Assembly: GCA_002690655.1 (NCBI GenBank)
Contig: NZFL01000025.1
Span: 58,199 to 119,901 of the forward strand
DNA from: Pedosphaera sp.
GTDB lineage: Bacteria > Verrucomicrobiota > Verrucomicrobiia > Limisphaerales > AAA164-E04
Length of the DNA: 61,703 nt
Direction: 5' to 3'
Shown: piece after piece, positions 39,577-48,343 of the stretch
Numbering within the stretch: position 1 is the first letter of the stretch
How the letters are laid out: each line of letters starts with the position of its first letter
The notes under the pieces: generated by a model
What the model saw: the letters and a program-made list of their open reading frames with translations, nothing else
Told to the model about the DNA's origin: nothing
Databases searched by the model: none
Program-made: the position numbers and the translations under genes

Positions 39577-41427
39577 TTAATGAAAACTCTCAGATGATTC
39601 GAGCTGATCCGAATTTCCTTCGGGAAGCCATTGCAGAGGAATTTCCAATCGAAAGATGGTTCCTGCATCACTTGATGTGAGCACATTTAATTGACCGCCC
39701 ATTCGCTTCGCCAACATATGAGATAGGACGAGACCAAAACCAGCTCCCTTTGTTCCTACCTCTGTTGGATCACGAGGTTTATCTGGCAATCGAAAGAGTT
39801 GGGATTGTTCTTCGCTTGTCATTCCGCTTCCGGTGTCCCTTACCTCTATGCGCATGTCATCTGCAGTAGGTTCACAGTGAATAAGGACACTCCCTCCTTT
39901 CGGAGTATGACGGATGGCGTTGGAGATTAGATTTCGTAAAATAGTGCGAAGCATCTCAACGTCATTGACCAGTTGTGTGTTCTGTTTTACCTCCGCTTTT
40001 AATTGAACGCCATTGTCCTTTGCGGTGGAGGTAAACAAGGTGCTTAATTGATGGGCGACTCTTTCCAAGTCAATGCTTCCAGGGAAATAGGGTAATTGTC
40101 CCGTTTGCAATCGTGCCCAGTTAAGAAGGTTATCCAGCAGTTCAGTCAGGTGCTTGCTGGTTCCCTGGATTTCTCCTGCAAATTTTCGAATTTCATCCGC
40201 GGTGAACGACTCCGGCTGTTTCATTAACAATCCACTCAGATTACTGACCCCGGTAAGCGGGGCTCGAAGGTCATGGGATATGATGGCCAATAAGCGATCC
40301 TTACGCTGATTCGCTTCATTTAGCGCAGCGTTTTGCTTTCGTAACTTGTTCTGTGCCCATTTACGTCTTCGCATTTCGGTGACTACAACCAATGTAAAAA
40401 GACAGACCAGTAAGCTGACACCGATCGAATTTCGTCGGATAGCATTGATGGTGTATTCCAGTGTTTCAGGGAAATCTCTTGAGATAAGGAATTCAATTCG
40501 AACGGTCTCAGAATTTGCAGATCCATCGATGGTGGAAAACACCATTGCACGAGATTCACCATTATCTGTCTGAATATTTTTGTCACCCAGGATCAGATCC
40601 TGTTGGATAATCCTGTCCGTCAATGGGGCAGGGTGAGCATTGTCTTGCCCTCCCCCTAGACCACCCCTTCCAGGGGGGCTTCCTCGTCCAAATCTACGCC
40701 GATTTTCGACTCCAGGAGGGGCGCCTCTGGGACGATCAAACCCATTCCTTATCTTCCTCATGGGGATCTTTGACAGATCCCAGATTTCCTGAGTTCCTAT
40801 ATCGTTTGATTCACGGGGGCCGGCTATTACCCTGAAGGAATGCTTCGAATTCCCAGAAAATGCTTCAAATGTATCCGGCATCTTTCTACCTAAAATCAAT
40901 GATACCTGATTAAACTCACGCGTATTTCGAATGTAATATATTAAATACAGTCCCGATGTTGCTGAGACGAATCGAAAATTGACCGGACGAAAATCAAGGC
41001 GATCAGTTGAGTTTGACAATTCAATGTGCCAGGGAGATCCCTCCTTTATTTTTCTTCGACCGTTCTCATTGAAAAGATAAGCCTCGATAATGGATTCATC
41101 TCGATTGATGACAGCAGCCAAATCATAAGTGAATAAAATTGAGAATTCTTCGGTAAGTAGATCGTTCGGGGATCGACCGCGCATCAATGACTGCAAACCC
41201 AGCTCGATGAGCTGAGATTCCTCCTCAGCCAGACTTTTCAATTGTTCCGTCGTTTGCTCTTTTAAGAATTCGCTTCCGTATTCTCGGAATTGAGAAGTCA
41301 TCTCCATGGCGACCCAGCCATTGGCAACCAGAAGTATTAGTGCAATACCAAAACCCAATGCCGGAATCCACCAAAGGCGATTTGCTACGCTTTGTTGGTT
41401 TTTACTTTCTGCACGCTGATGTTTCAT
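39577..41427 (-). CDS. membrane sensor histidine kinase (two TM, HisKA + HATPase)
   Basis: TM1 near N-terminus, TM2 IGVSLLVCLFTLVVV, H-box ISHDLRAPL, N-box NLISNAIRHT, DTGSG, GAGFGL. Confidence 0.95.
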   Translation of the reverse strand: MKHQRAESKNQQSVANRLWWIPALGFGIALILLVANGWVAMEMTSQFREYGSEFLKEQTTEQLKSLAEEESQLIELGLQSLMRGRSPNDLLTEEFSILFTYDLAAVINRDESIIEAYLFNENGRRKIKEGSPWHIELSNSTDRLDFRPVNFRFVSATSGLYLIYYIRNTREFNQVSLILGRKMPDTFEAFSGNSKHSFRVIAGPRESNDIGTQEIWDLSKIPMRKIRNGFDRPRGAPPGVENRRRFGRGSPPGRGGLGGGQDNAHPAPLTDRIIQQDLILGDKNIQTDNGESRAMVFSTIDGSANSETVRIEFLISRDFPETLEYTINAIRRNSIGVSLLVCLFTLVVVTEMRRRKWAQNKLRKQNAALNEANQRKDRLLAIISHDLRAPLTGVSNLSGLLMKQPESFTADEIRKFAGEIQGTSKHLTELLDNLLNWARLQTGQLPYFPGSIDLERVAHQLSTLFTSTAKDNGVQLKAEVKQNTQLVNDVEMLRTILRNLISNAIRHTPKGGSVLIHCEPTADDMRIEVRDTGSGMTSEEQSQLFRLPDKPRDPTEVGTKGAGFGLVLSHMLAKRMGGQLNVLTSSDAGTIFRLEIPLQWLPEGNSDQLESSESFH

Positions 41428-41751
41428 CGTTCCTTTCGGAAGATGACTCCCTGTTTATTTGTTAACAAGCAGGAAATGAGTTGTTTATGTGAAAAATATT
41501 ACCTTGATAAGGCAACTCGACAACATCTTATCCATCCAGTGACTATCCCGAAATTCCCAATCAGTTGAGGGCTTGTAGTACTCAATACGACAACTGGTGA
41601 GGTATCACGGTGCCAACCCTGCTTGTAATTGTTTTGTAACAAGAACGAGAAAGTCAACTTGCTTACAAAGATCAAAACAAAGGCGTTGAATCCTTCGGGA
41701 GTCCGAAAGAGAGCCGGCACCAAAACAAAAACAAGAACCAAATAAAATATT

Positions 41752-42609
41752 ATGAATCACAAATGGAATGCCAGAATCGCAGTGATAGCAATGACCTGCA
41801 TGATCAATGTTCATCATGCCAATGCGCAGCAGGATGAGAATCAAGGCCCAAAACGACCCGATCACAAAGTGAAGGGGCATGGTCTTAAACTCGCCAAGAT
41901 GGACTTCAATGAAGACGGAATGGTCACCGAGCAGGAATATCTGGACGCCCTAGCTGCGAATGCAGCTGAACGTTCTGACAAATTATTCACTCAATATGAC
42001 ATTAACGAGGATGGAACTATTACGACGGCTGAAATCAGCGATGTGCATGCTGTGGCCATTGAAGAACGTTTGATGGGGATTTTAGCTCGATGGGATGCGG
42101 ACGAGGACGGGAACTTGTCAGTGGAAGAACTTGAATCCGTAGGCCGCGGTCGTCGCGGGCATCGTTATGTCCTGGGACAATTCGACGGGAATGAAGATGG
42201 CACTATTACATCGGATGAACTTTTGGATGCCGGCGCTGGAATGTTGAATCAACGCGTCGAGGGCGTCATTGAGCATCTTGATACCGATGATGATGGCAAT
42301 ATCACCCTTCAGGAAGTCACTGGCAAACATGATCTCAAGGCAACTGAACATTGGGCTGCCTTGCTGGAAAAAATCGATACCAATAATGATGGTGTTCTGG
42401 GAAGCGATGAACTCGAAGAGGGAAGACCTCAACGAAGCGAAGAACCTCGCAAGGGACGAGATGGCCAGCGACGTGAACGGGGGGAGAACCACGAGCGCGG
42501 TGAAAGAGTAGAACATGGCGGAGTTGATCAAGACGAAAAACGTCGCGGCCCTGGTCAAGGTCGAAATAATCAACAGAATGGTGGACGAGGGTCACGAGGG
42601 CGCCGATAA
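41752..42609 (+). CDS. secreted EF-hand calcium-binding protein
   Basis: Signal peptide ending ANA; six loops DFNEDGMVTEQE, DINEDGTITTAE, DADEDGNLSVEE, DGNEDGTITSDE, DTDDDGNITLQE, DTNNDGVLGSDE; R/G/E-rich tail. Confidence 0.92.
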   Translation: MNHKWNARIAVIAMTCMINVHHANAQQDENQGPKRPDHKVKGHGLKLAKMDFNEDGMVTEQEYLDALAANAAERSDKLFTQYDINEDGTITTAEISDVHAVAIEERLMGILARWDADEDGNLSVEELESVGRGRRGHRYVLGQFDGNEDGTITSDELLDAGAGMLNQRVEGVIEHLDTDDDGNITLQEVTGKHDLKATEHWAALLEKIDTNNDGVLGSDELEEGRPQRSEEPRKGRDGQRRERGENHERGERVEHGGVDQDEKRRGPGQGRNNQQNGGRGSRGRR

Positions 42610-42625
42610 ACAAGATCGATAGTTC

Positions 42626-42684
42626 ACACCTTAAAAGCAAAACACCCGACTGCCATGCAGCCGGGTGTTTTGCTTTTAAGGTGT
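42626..42684. repeat. 23-bp perfect inverted repeat, probable terminator of the EF-hand gene
   Basis: ACACCTTAAAAGCAAAACACCCG (42626-42648) and CGGGTGTTTTGCTTTTAAGGTGT (42662-42684). Confidence 0.85.
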
Positions 42685-42739
42685 TTGATTTCATTTGGAC
42701 TTGAGGTGGATTCATGGTATGCGCTTGTTTGTTAACATC

Positions 42740-45145
42740 ATGAAGATATTTTTCCATTACGGGTTCACGGTCATCGTGGGATTGTTTGTCGGCGCAGGGT
42801 GCCAGACTGCTTCTCACTCTCAAGCGGCTAGCTCAGCTCTTTCCTCTGGCCAGTCGTCGAAGCCAACGACCTCCATACCTTCCATTGAAGTCACTGAGAC
42901 AATGGGCGTCCAGGATCGATCCCCTGAGGGTCCATCCTCTGCTTTTCTATCAGGCCACCTCTTGCTTCTGGATCAAGCCGTTGAGCAAGCCATACAAAAA
43001 GGCAAGCTCCCGGGCGGCGTGATATGGTTCCAGCATCAGGGTAAACCCTATCATCGCGCCTACGGTCAGAGATCCGTTGCACCAAAAGAGGAGGTCATGA
43101 CAGAGGATACGATCTTCGACGCTGCCTCACTCACCAAAGTCATTGCTACTGCGCCCAGTATCATGAAACTGGTTGAGAAAAATCAGATGGATCTCAATGC
43201 ACCCGTCGCCAAATATCTTCCTGCTTTTGCCGCGAAACAAAAGGAGAACGTCACAATCCGTCATTTAATGACGCATACGTCTGGCCTGCGTCCCGGGCTT
43301 TCGCTGCGCGAACCCTGGAAAGGTATTCCAGAAGCGATTCGACGAGCTTGTGATGAGTCATTGATCTCACCTCCCGGAACCCAGTTTAAATACAGTGACA
43401 TCAATTTCATCCTGTTAGGCGAGATCGTGAGTCGCATCAGTGGTAAACCGTTGCATCAATTTGCGAGTGAGGAAATTTTTCAACCCTTGAAAATGGGGCA
43501 CACGCGCTTTTTGCCTCCTGCTGAATGGAGTCCAGACATTGCGCCGACAACGAAGCTCAAAGATGACTACCTGAGGGGAGTGGTACACGATCCAACGTCA
43601 CGTCGAATGGGTGGTGTTGCAGGGCATGCAGGATTGTTTACATGCGCCGCTGATCTGGCGCGATTTGCGCAAATGATGCTAGGTCAAGGAATGCTTGATG
43701 GTGTTCGTTTGTTCAATCCAGATACAGTTTCACTCATGACCCGTATACAAAGTCCGAAAGGCCTCTCTGCAAAACGTGGGTTAGGCTGGGATATTGATTC
43801 TCCCTATTCGAGTCCTCGAGGATACCATTTTCCAATCGGATCATACGGACACACCGGATGGACTGGGACTTCTATCTGGATCATTCCGCAGACGGACACC
43901 TTTTTGATCTTTCTTTCCAACCGGAATCATCCGACTGAAGAGGGTACTGTCGTTGCCTTGCGTCGAACATTGGCAACCATTGCCGCCAATTCCGTTTGGG
44001 AATCATTCTCTGATTTGGGGCAACCTGTCTTGAATGGCATTGATGTGTTGAAAGAGCAAGGTTTCCGAAGGCTCAGGGGATTGAAGACAGGCCTGATCAC
44101 CAACCACACGGGGCATGATCGTTTCAGGACCAGCACCATAGATTTATTACACACGTCAAAAAATGTTCAACTTGAGAAACTCTTCAGCCCCGAGCATGGT
44201 ATTCGAGGTCAACTGGATGGTAAGATCGAAGATGGGGTGGATACCCAAACTGGCTTGAAAATTTTGAGTCTCTACGGAGAACACCGCCAGCCACAAGCCA
44301 GCGATCTGGATGGATTGGATGCTCTTGTTTTTGATATCCAGGACATTGGTTGCCGTTTCTACACTTATATTTCTACGATGGGATTGGCAATGGAGGCTGC
44401 TTCCAAGGCCGGACTGAAGTTCATTGTTTTAGATCGTGCAAATCCCATCAATGGTATCGATGTGGAAGGCCCCGTTCTGCAGGGGGAAACTGATTTTGTA
44501 GGGTTTCATTCCATTCCAGTGCGACACGGAATGACGGTGGGTGAGTTGGCTTTAATGTTCATGCATGAAAAGGGATTGGATTTGGATCTCGAGATCGTTC
44601 CGGTAAGTGGTTGGAAAAGGCACGCTTACTTTGATTCCACTGGGCAGCCCTGGACCTCTCCCTCTCCCAATATGAGGAACCTTAAAGAAGCCATTCTTTA
44701 CCCTGGAATAGGTATTCTGGAATTCACATCCCTTTCCGTCGGTAGAGGAACGGACACGCCATTTGAAGTCGTGGGGGCGCCTTTCATTCGTGACCTGGAA
44801 TTTGCTGAAGCATTGAATGCTCTGGGCATCGAGGGTGTGGCTTTTACACCCATTCAATTCACACCCAGTGCCAGTGTGTTCAAAAATGAGATCTGTCAGG
44901 GGGTTTATATTTCCGTGACGGATCGCTCCTTGCTTCATTCTGTCGAAATAGGAGTCCAAATCGCCAGAACCCTTCATGCCCTCTACCCCGAATCGTGGAA
45001 TACAAAAAACCTCAACAGGCTTTTGCGTGATGAGCCAACTCAGAGGCATATTTTATCGGGCTCTGAGTTGGATGTTATTGAGAGTGGTTGGAATGAAAAT
45101 CTGAACTCGTTCATAGAGCGACGATCCGCTTTTTTGTTGTATTAA
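42740..45145 (+). CDS. lipoprotein fusion: serine hydrolase (beta-lactamase class C/AmiE-like) + NamZ (DUF1343) exo-beta-N-acetylmuramidase
   Basis: Lipobox VGAGC; FDAASLTK (SxxK), YSD, GHTG; then GLITNHTG, LFSPEHG, FDIQDIGCRFYTY, HGMTVGELA, PSPN, SVGRGT. Start uncertain (42719/42740). Confidence 0.9.
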   Translation: MKIFFHYGFTVIVGLFVGAGCQTASHSQAASSALSSGQSSKPTTSIPSIEVTETMGVQDRSPEGPSSAFLSGHLLLLDQAVEQAIQKGKLPGGVIWFQHQGKPYHRAYGQRSVAPKEEVMTEDTIFDAASLTKVIATAPSIMKLVEKNQMDLNAPVAKYLPAFAAKQKENVTIRHLMTHTSGLRPGLSLREPWKGIPEAIRRACDESLISPPGTQFKYSDINFILLGEIVSRISGKPLHQFASEEIFQPLKMGHTRFLPPAEWSPDIAPTTKLKDDYLRGVVHDPTSRRMGGVAGHAGLFTCAADLARFAQMMLGQGMLDGVRLFNPDTVSLMTRIQSPKGLSAKRGLGWDIDSPYSSPRGYHFPIGSYGHTGWTGTSIWIIPQTDTFLIFLSNRNHPTEEGTVVALRRTLATIAANSVWESFSDLGQPVLNGIDVLKEQGFRRLRGLKTGLITNHTGHDRFRTSTIDLLHTSKNVQLEKLFSPEHGIRGQLDGKIEDGVDTQTGLKILSLYGEHRQPQASDLDGLDALVFDIQDIGCRFYTYISTMGLAMEAASKAGLKFIVLDRANPINGIDVEGPVLQGETDFVGFHSIPVRHGMTVGELALMFMHEKGLDLDLEIVPVSGWKRHAYFDSTGQPWTSPSPNMRNLKEAILYPGIGILEFTSLSVGRGTDTPFEVVGAPFIRDLEFAEALNALGIEGVAFTPIQFTPSASVFKNEICQGVYISVTDRSLLHSVEIGVQIARTLHALYPESWNTKNLNRLLRDEPTQRHILSGSELDVIESGWNENLNSFIERRSAFLLY

Positions 45146-45163
45146 TTCTCAGGGGGAAAAGGG

Positions 45164-46075
45164 ATGGAAAGCACTGGAAATTACGCAATTGGAATCGATG
45201 TCGGTGGCACCAAGATGGCAATCGGCTTGGTGCGGAATGATGGTCGCTTGATCGAGGCAGCAAACCTCCCCACCGAATCTGTCAAGGGGCAGGGAAATGC
45301 AGTCCTTCGCATTCGTCAATGCATCAAAGAACTGCTCGCATCCAATCACGTTGACATATCCGACATTCGCGGTCTTGGTGTGGGTTGCCCGGGGCCTTTG
45401 GATCTGAATTCAGGCGTCGTGCTGAACCCTTACACACTGCCAGGTTGGGAAAATGAATCTCTTGTGGCCTCGCTTGAGTCGGTGATCGAATTGTCCGTTC
45501 GGATCGAAAACGATGCGGATGCGGCATTGTTAGGCGAGTGCTGGGTTGGAGCAGGCAAAGGAAGAGATCCAGTCGTGATGCTGACTTTCGGTACCGGTGT
45601 TGGAGGGGCAGTCATGAATGGCAGTAAGATTTATCGAGGGTTTGACGGTGAGCATCCTGAGATTGGGTTAATGCCCATTTTTCCAGATATGCCAGCAGAT
45701 TATTCAGGGGTGAATGGTTCGCTCGAATCGCTGGCATCGGGCTCAGGTATTGCAGTTCAAGGCAAAACATTCGGTTTTAAAGATGCAGCTTCCATTTTTG
45801 AGGCAAACAACTTGCAGCAACCAGATGCGGTCAGGATTGTTCAAAATGCGGTCCGAGCAGCGGGGATTGCCGGATGGACTTTGGCTCATACCTTCGTTCC
45901 CGAGTGCATTCTTTTGGGGGGCGGTTTAATGGACTACCAGTTTGAAGCTTATGCGTCCTCAATACGATCGCATCTGGATCAAGCGAATCTTATCAGGAAA
46001 CAATCGATTTCGGTTTTTAAGGCAGCATTGGGAAATCAGGCTGGTGTTCTGGGGGCAGCCAGCTTGTGGATGTGA
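45164..46075 (+). CDS. ROK family sugar kinase
   Basis: GIDVGGTK, ENDADAA, TFGTGVGG, GSLESLASG, AGVLGAA; no HTH. Confidence 0.9.
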   Translation: MESTGNYAIGIDVGGTKMAIGLVRNDGRLIEAANLPTESVKGQGNAVLRIRQCIKELLASNHVDISDIRGLGVGCPGPLDLNSGVVLNPYTLPGWENESLVASLESVIELSVRIENDADAALLGECWVGAGKGRDPVVMLTFGTGVGGAVMNGSKIYRGFDGEHPEIGLMPIFPDMPADYSGVNGSLESLASGSGIAVQGKTFGFKDAASIFEANNLQQPDAVRIVQNAVRAAGIAGWTLAHTFVPECILLGGGLMDYQFEAYASSIRSHLDQANLIRKQSISVFKAALGNQAGVLGAASLWM

Positions 46076-46232
46076 AAGCTGTTTCTCTTGCCTCACTTTG
46101 CTTCTTCATGCGGTCCACACCAAATGGCGCTGTTTTCTCCTCAACAGCTTGATCTGCATTATTCCTGAGGCATTTCTATTCAAGATCAAGCGTTCATTGA
46201 CTTGAGGGAATGGATCGTGTCAGAATTCACTT

Positions 46233-46997
46233 ATGACAGATTTGGACATATCGCATGTGCTTGATGACTGGGTGTATGAACCTGGGAAAGCGATGGTTCG
46301 CAAGATCATTGGCAAGCATGATAGAGAATTGATTCAGATGCGTATCGATCTGGGAGTCCTCCAAATGCATGCCGTGGGGCGGCCCGATGGACAGAGGCCT
46401 CACGATATGGAGTCTTTATTGGATTTTCACATTGAAAAGCTTGAATCGCATATAAACGAATTCGATGGAGACGACTCCAAATACAAATTAAGTGAGGAGG
46501 AGTGTGTGGCACTCCAGCAGGAAGCCATTCAATATCATCATCGCTACATTTGTTTCTTTCAGCTGGAGGCTTATGAGGATGTGATTCAGGATGCTGACCG
46601 CAATCTTGATGCCATCGAAATGGTAGAGCAATACGGTCCTTCAGATCAGATGTCTTGGACACTTCGGCAACTCAGCCCGCAGTTGCTTTTGATGCGCACG
46701 CGTGCTGTATCGGCTATTTCGTTGAACGGCGAAAATTACGATCAGGCCATCACAGATGTTCAGGATGGTATAGAAGCTCTCCAAGCCTTTCTCAAGGACC
46801 ACATGCCCCAGGAGGCTGCGGATCAAAATGGTGAATTAATCGCGTTAAAACATTGGCTCGAAGAGGTGTCCGACTCACGTCCGATGAGTAAACGAGAAAA
46901 ACTTGAAAAAGAACTGAATGAAGCGGTTCAAAAAGAGGATTATGAGCGCGCTGCTGAAGTTCGAGACGCCATCAAATGCTTGAGCGCTGCTGACTGA
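46233..46997 (+). CDS. UvrB/UvrC (UVR) motif-containing protein
   Basis: IQMRIDLGVLQM...GRPDG, EAIQYHHRY; C-terminal ELNEAVQKEDYERAAEVRDAI. Confidence 0.85.
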   Translation: MTDLDISHVLDDWVYEPGKAMVRKIIGKHDRELIQMRIDLGVLQMHAVGRPDGQRPHDMESLLDFHIEKLESHINEFDGDDSKYKLSEEECVALQQEAIQYHHRYICFFQLEAYEDVIQDADRNLDAIEMVEQYGPSDQMSWTLRQLSPQLLLMRTRAVSAISLNGENYDQAITDVQDGIEALQAFLKDHMPQEAADQNGELIALKHWLEEVSDSRPMSKREKLEKELNEAVQKEDYERAAEVRDAIKCLSAAD

Positions 46998-47051
46998 TCA
47001 ATCACATCAGTTGGAGTCAATCAATTTCAACTTAACCACACGCTTATAATT

Positions 47052-47930
47052 ATGGATAACAAGCCAGTCATTGGTTTTATTGGTATAGGGGTCATGGGAC
47101 GAAGCATGGCCGGTCATTTATTAAATGCAGGATACCCCCTGCACGTACACAATCGTACGCAAGCCAAAGCGCAGGATCTTCTGGACAAGGGTGCTCAATG
47201 GCAGGATTCACCGGGTAAAGTAGCAGCTGTTTCAGACGTGATCATCACCATCGTCGGATTTCCAAATGATGTGGAAGCAGTTTACCTCGGAGACGACGGT
47301 ATTTTAGTCAACGCTAGGGCTGGTAGTACCGTCATCGATATGACGACTTCCTGCCCAGATCTTGCGCAAAAGATAGCCGAGCAAGCCAAAACCAAAGGCA
47401 TCAGCTCATTTGATGCCCCAGTTTCTGGAGGTGACATCGGAGCACGTGAGGCTCGCCTCTCCATCATGGTAGGTGGCGATGTTGAAGTGTTTGAAAAAAT
47501 CAAACCGCTTTTTGAGATCATGGGTAAAAATATTGTGCTTCAAGGTCCCGCTGGATCAGGTCAGCACACCAAGATGTGCAACCAAATCGCGATTGCTTCG
47601 GGTATGATGGCCATCAGCGAAGCCATGGCTTATGCCAGAAAATCTGGATTAAAACCGGAGACTGTTCTTAAAAGTATCGAAAGTGGAGCTGCAGGAAGCT
47701 GGTCGCTAACCAATCTGGCGCCTCGAGTGCTCCAAGGAGATTTCGCCCCAGGCTTCTTCGTTAAACATTTTATCAAGGACATGAAGATCGCCATCGGCTC
47801 GGCTGAGAACATGGGACTGGATCTTCCTGGCTTACAGCTTGCAAAACAGCTTTATGAAAAACTTGCTGACCGTGGTTGCGAGGATGATGGCACTCAGGCG
47901 CTATTCAAACTCTATCAGGATCAGCTTTAA
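47052..47930 (+). CDS. beta-hydroxyacid dehydrogenase (3-hydroxyisobutyrate dehydrogenase / tartronate semialdehyde reductase family)
   Basis: GFIGIGVMG, DAPVSGG, GQHTKMCNQ, KHFIKD. Confidence 0.92.
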   Translation: MDNKPVIGFIGIGVMGRSMAGHLLNAGYPLHVHNRTQAKAQDLLDKGAQWQDSPGKVAAVSDVIITIVGFPNDVEAVYLGDDGILVNARAGSTVIDMTTSCPDLAQKIAEQAKTKGISSFDAPVSGGDIGAREARLSIMVGGDVEVFEKIKPLFEIMGKNIVLQGPAGSGQHTKMCNQIAIASGMMAISEAMAYARKSGLKPETVLKSIESGAAGSWSLTNLAPRVLQGDFAPGFFVKHFIKDMKIAIGSAENMGLDLPGLQLAKQLYEKLADRGCEDDGTQALFKLYQDQL

Positions 47931-47940
47931 TCAAATCCTC

Positions 47941-47968
47941 AAGGGCGGTCATTTTGACCGCCCTTTTT
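47941..47968 (+). terminator. intrinsic terminator
   Basis: AAGGGCGGTCA-TTT-TGACCGCCCTT followed by TTT. Confidence 0.8.
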
Positions 47969-48343
47969 CGTGATGCGGAATCACTTGCTTTCGGTTGGTG
48001 GAATTCGTTTGATGTGCTTGTTGAAACTCCGTTTCTTCCCTCTACCTTGATTTCATAGTTCTCAGTTCCTTCTCAGAATCTATGCCTTTCAATCAAACCG
48101 AATATTCCTGTTTCACGCGCATCGCTCTGTGAAATCATGATGGCTTCACAGAGGTCTGAGAGCGTTATTGATGGAGTCATTCTGGATCACCAAAGATATC
48201 TCCAGGATGTATATGCCAGAAAAAAACAGAATAATTGCATTTATCATCTATCAAGCAGGAACCGCATGCATTAAAGGAGCCACTGCGGTGCAAGCTCCTG
48301 GAAATCGGTCCATTTCAACAATGACAGGAGCTGGTCACTTGCT

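Noticed and set aside
15412-47968. Shared GGCGGTC stem core in the terminators at 15412 and 47941 as a REP or uptake-sequence family
   Set aside because: Only two short copies seen; compatible with chance among GC-rich stems.
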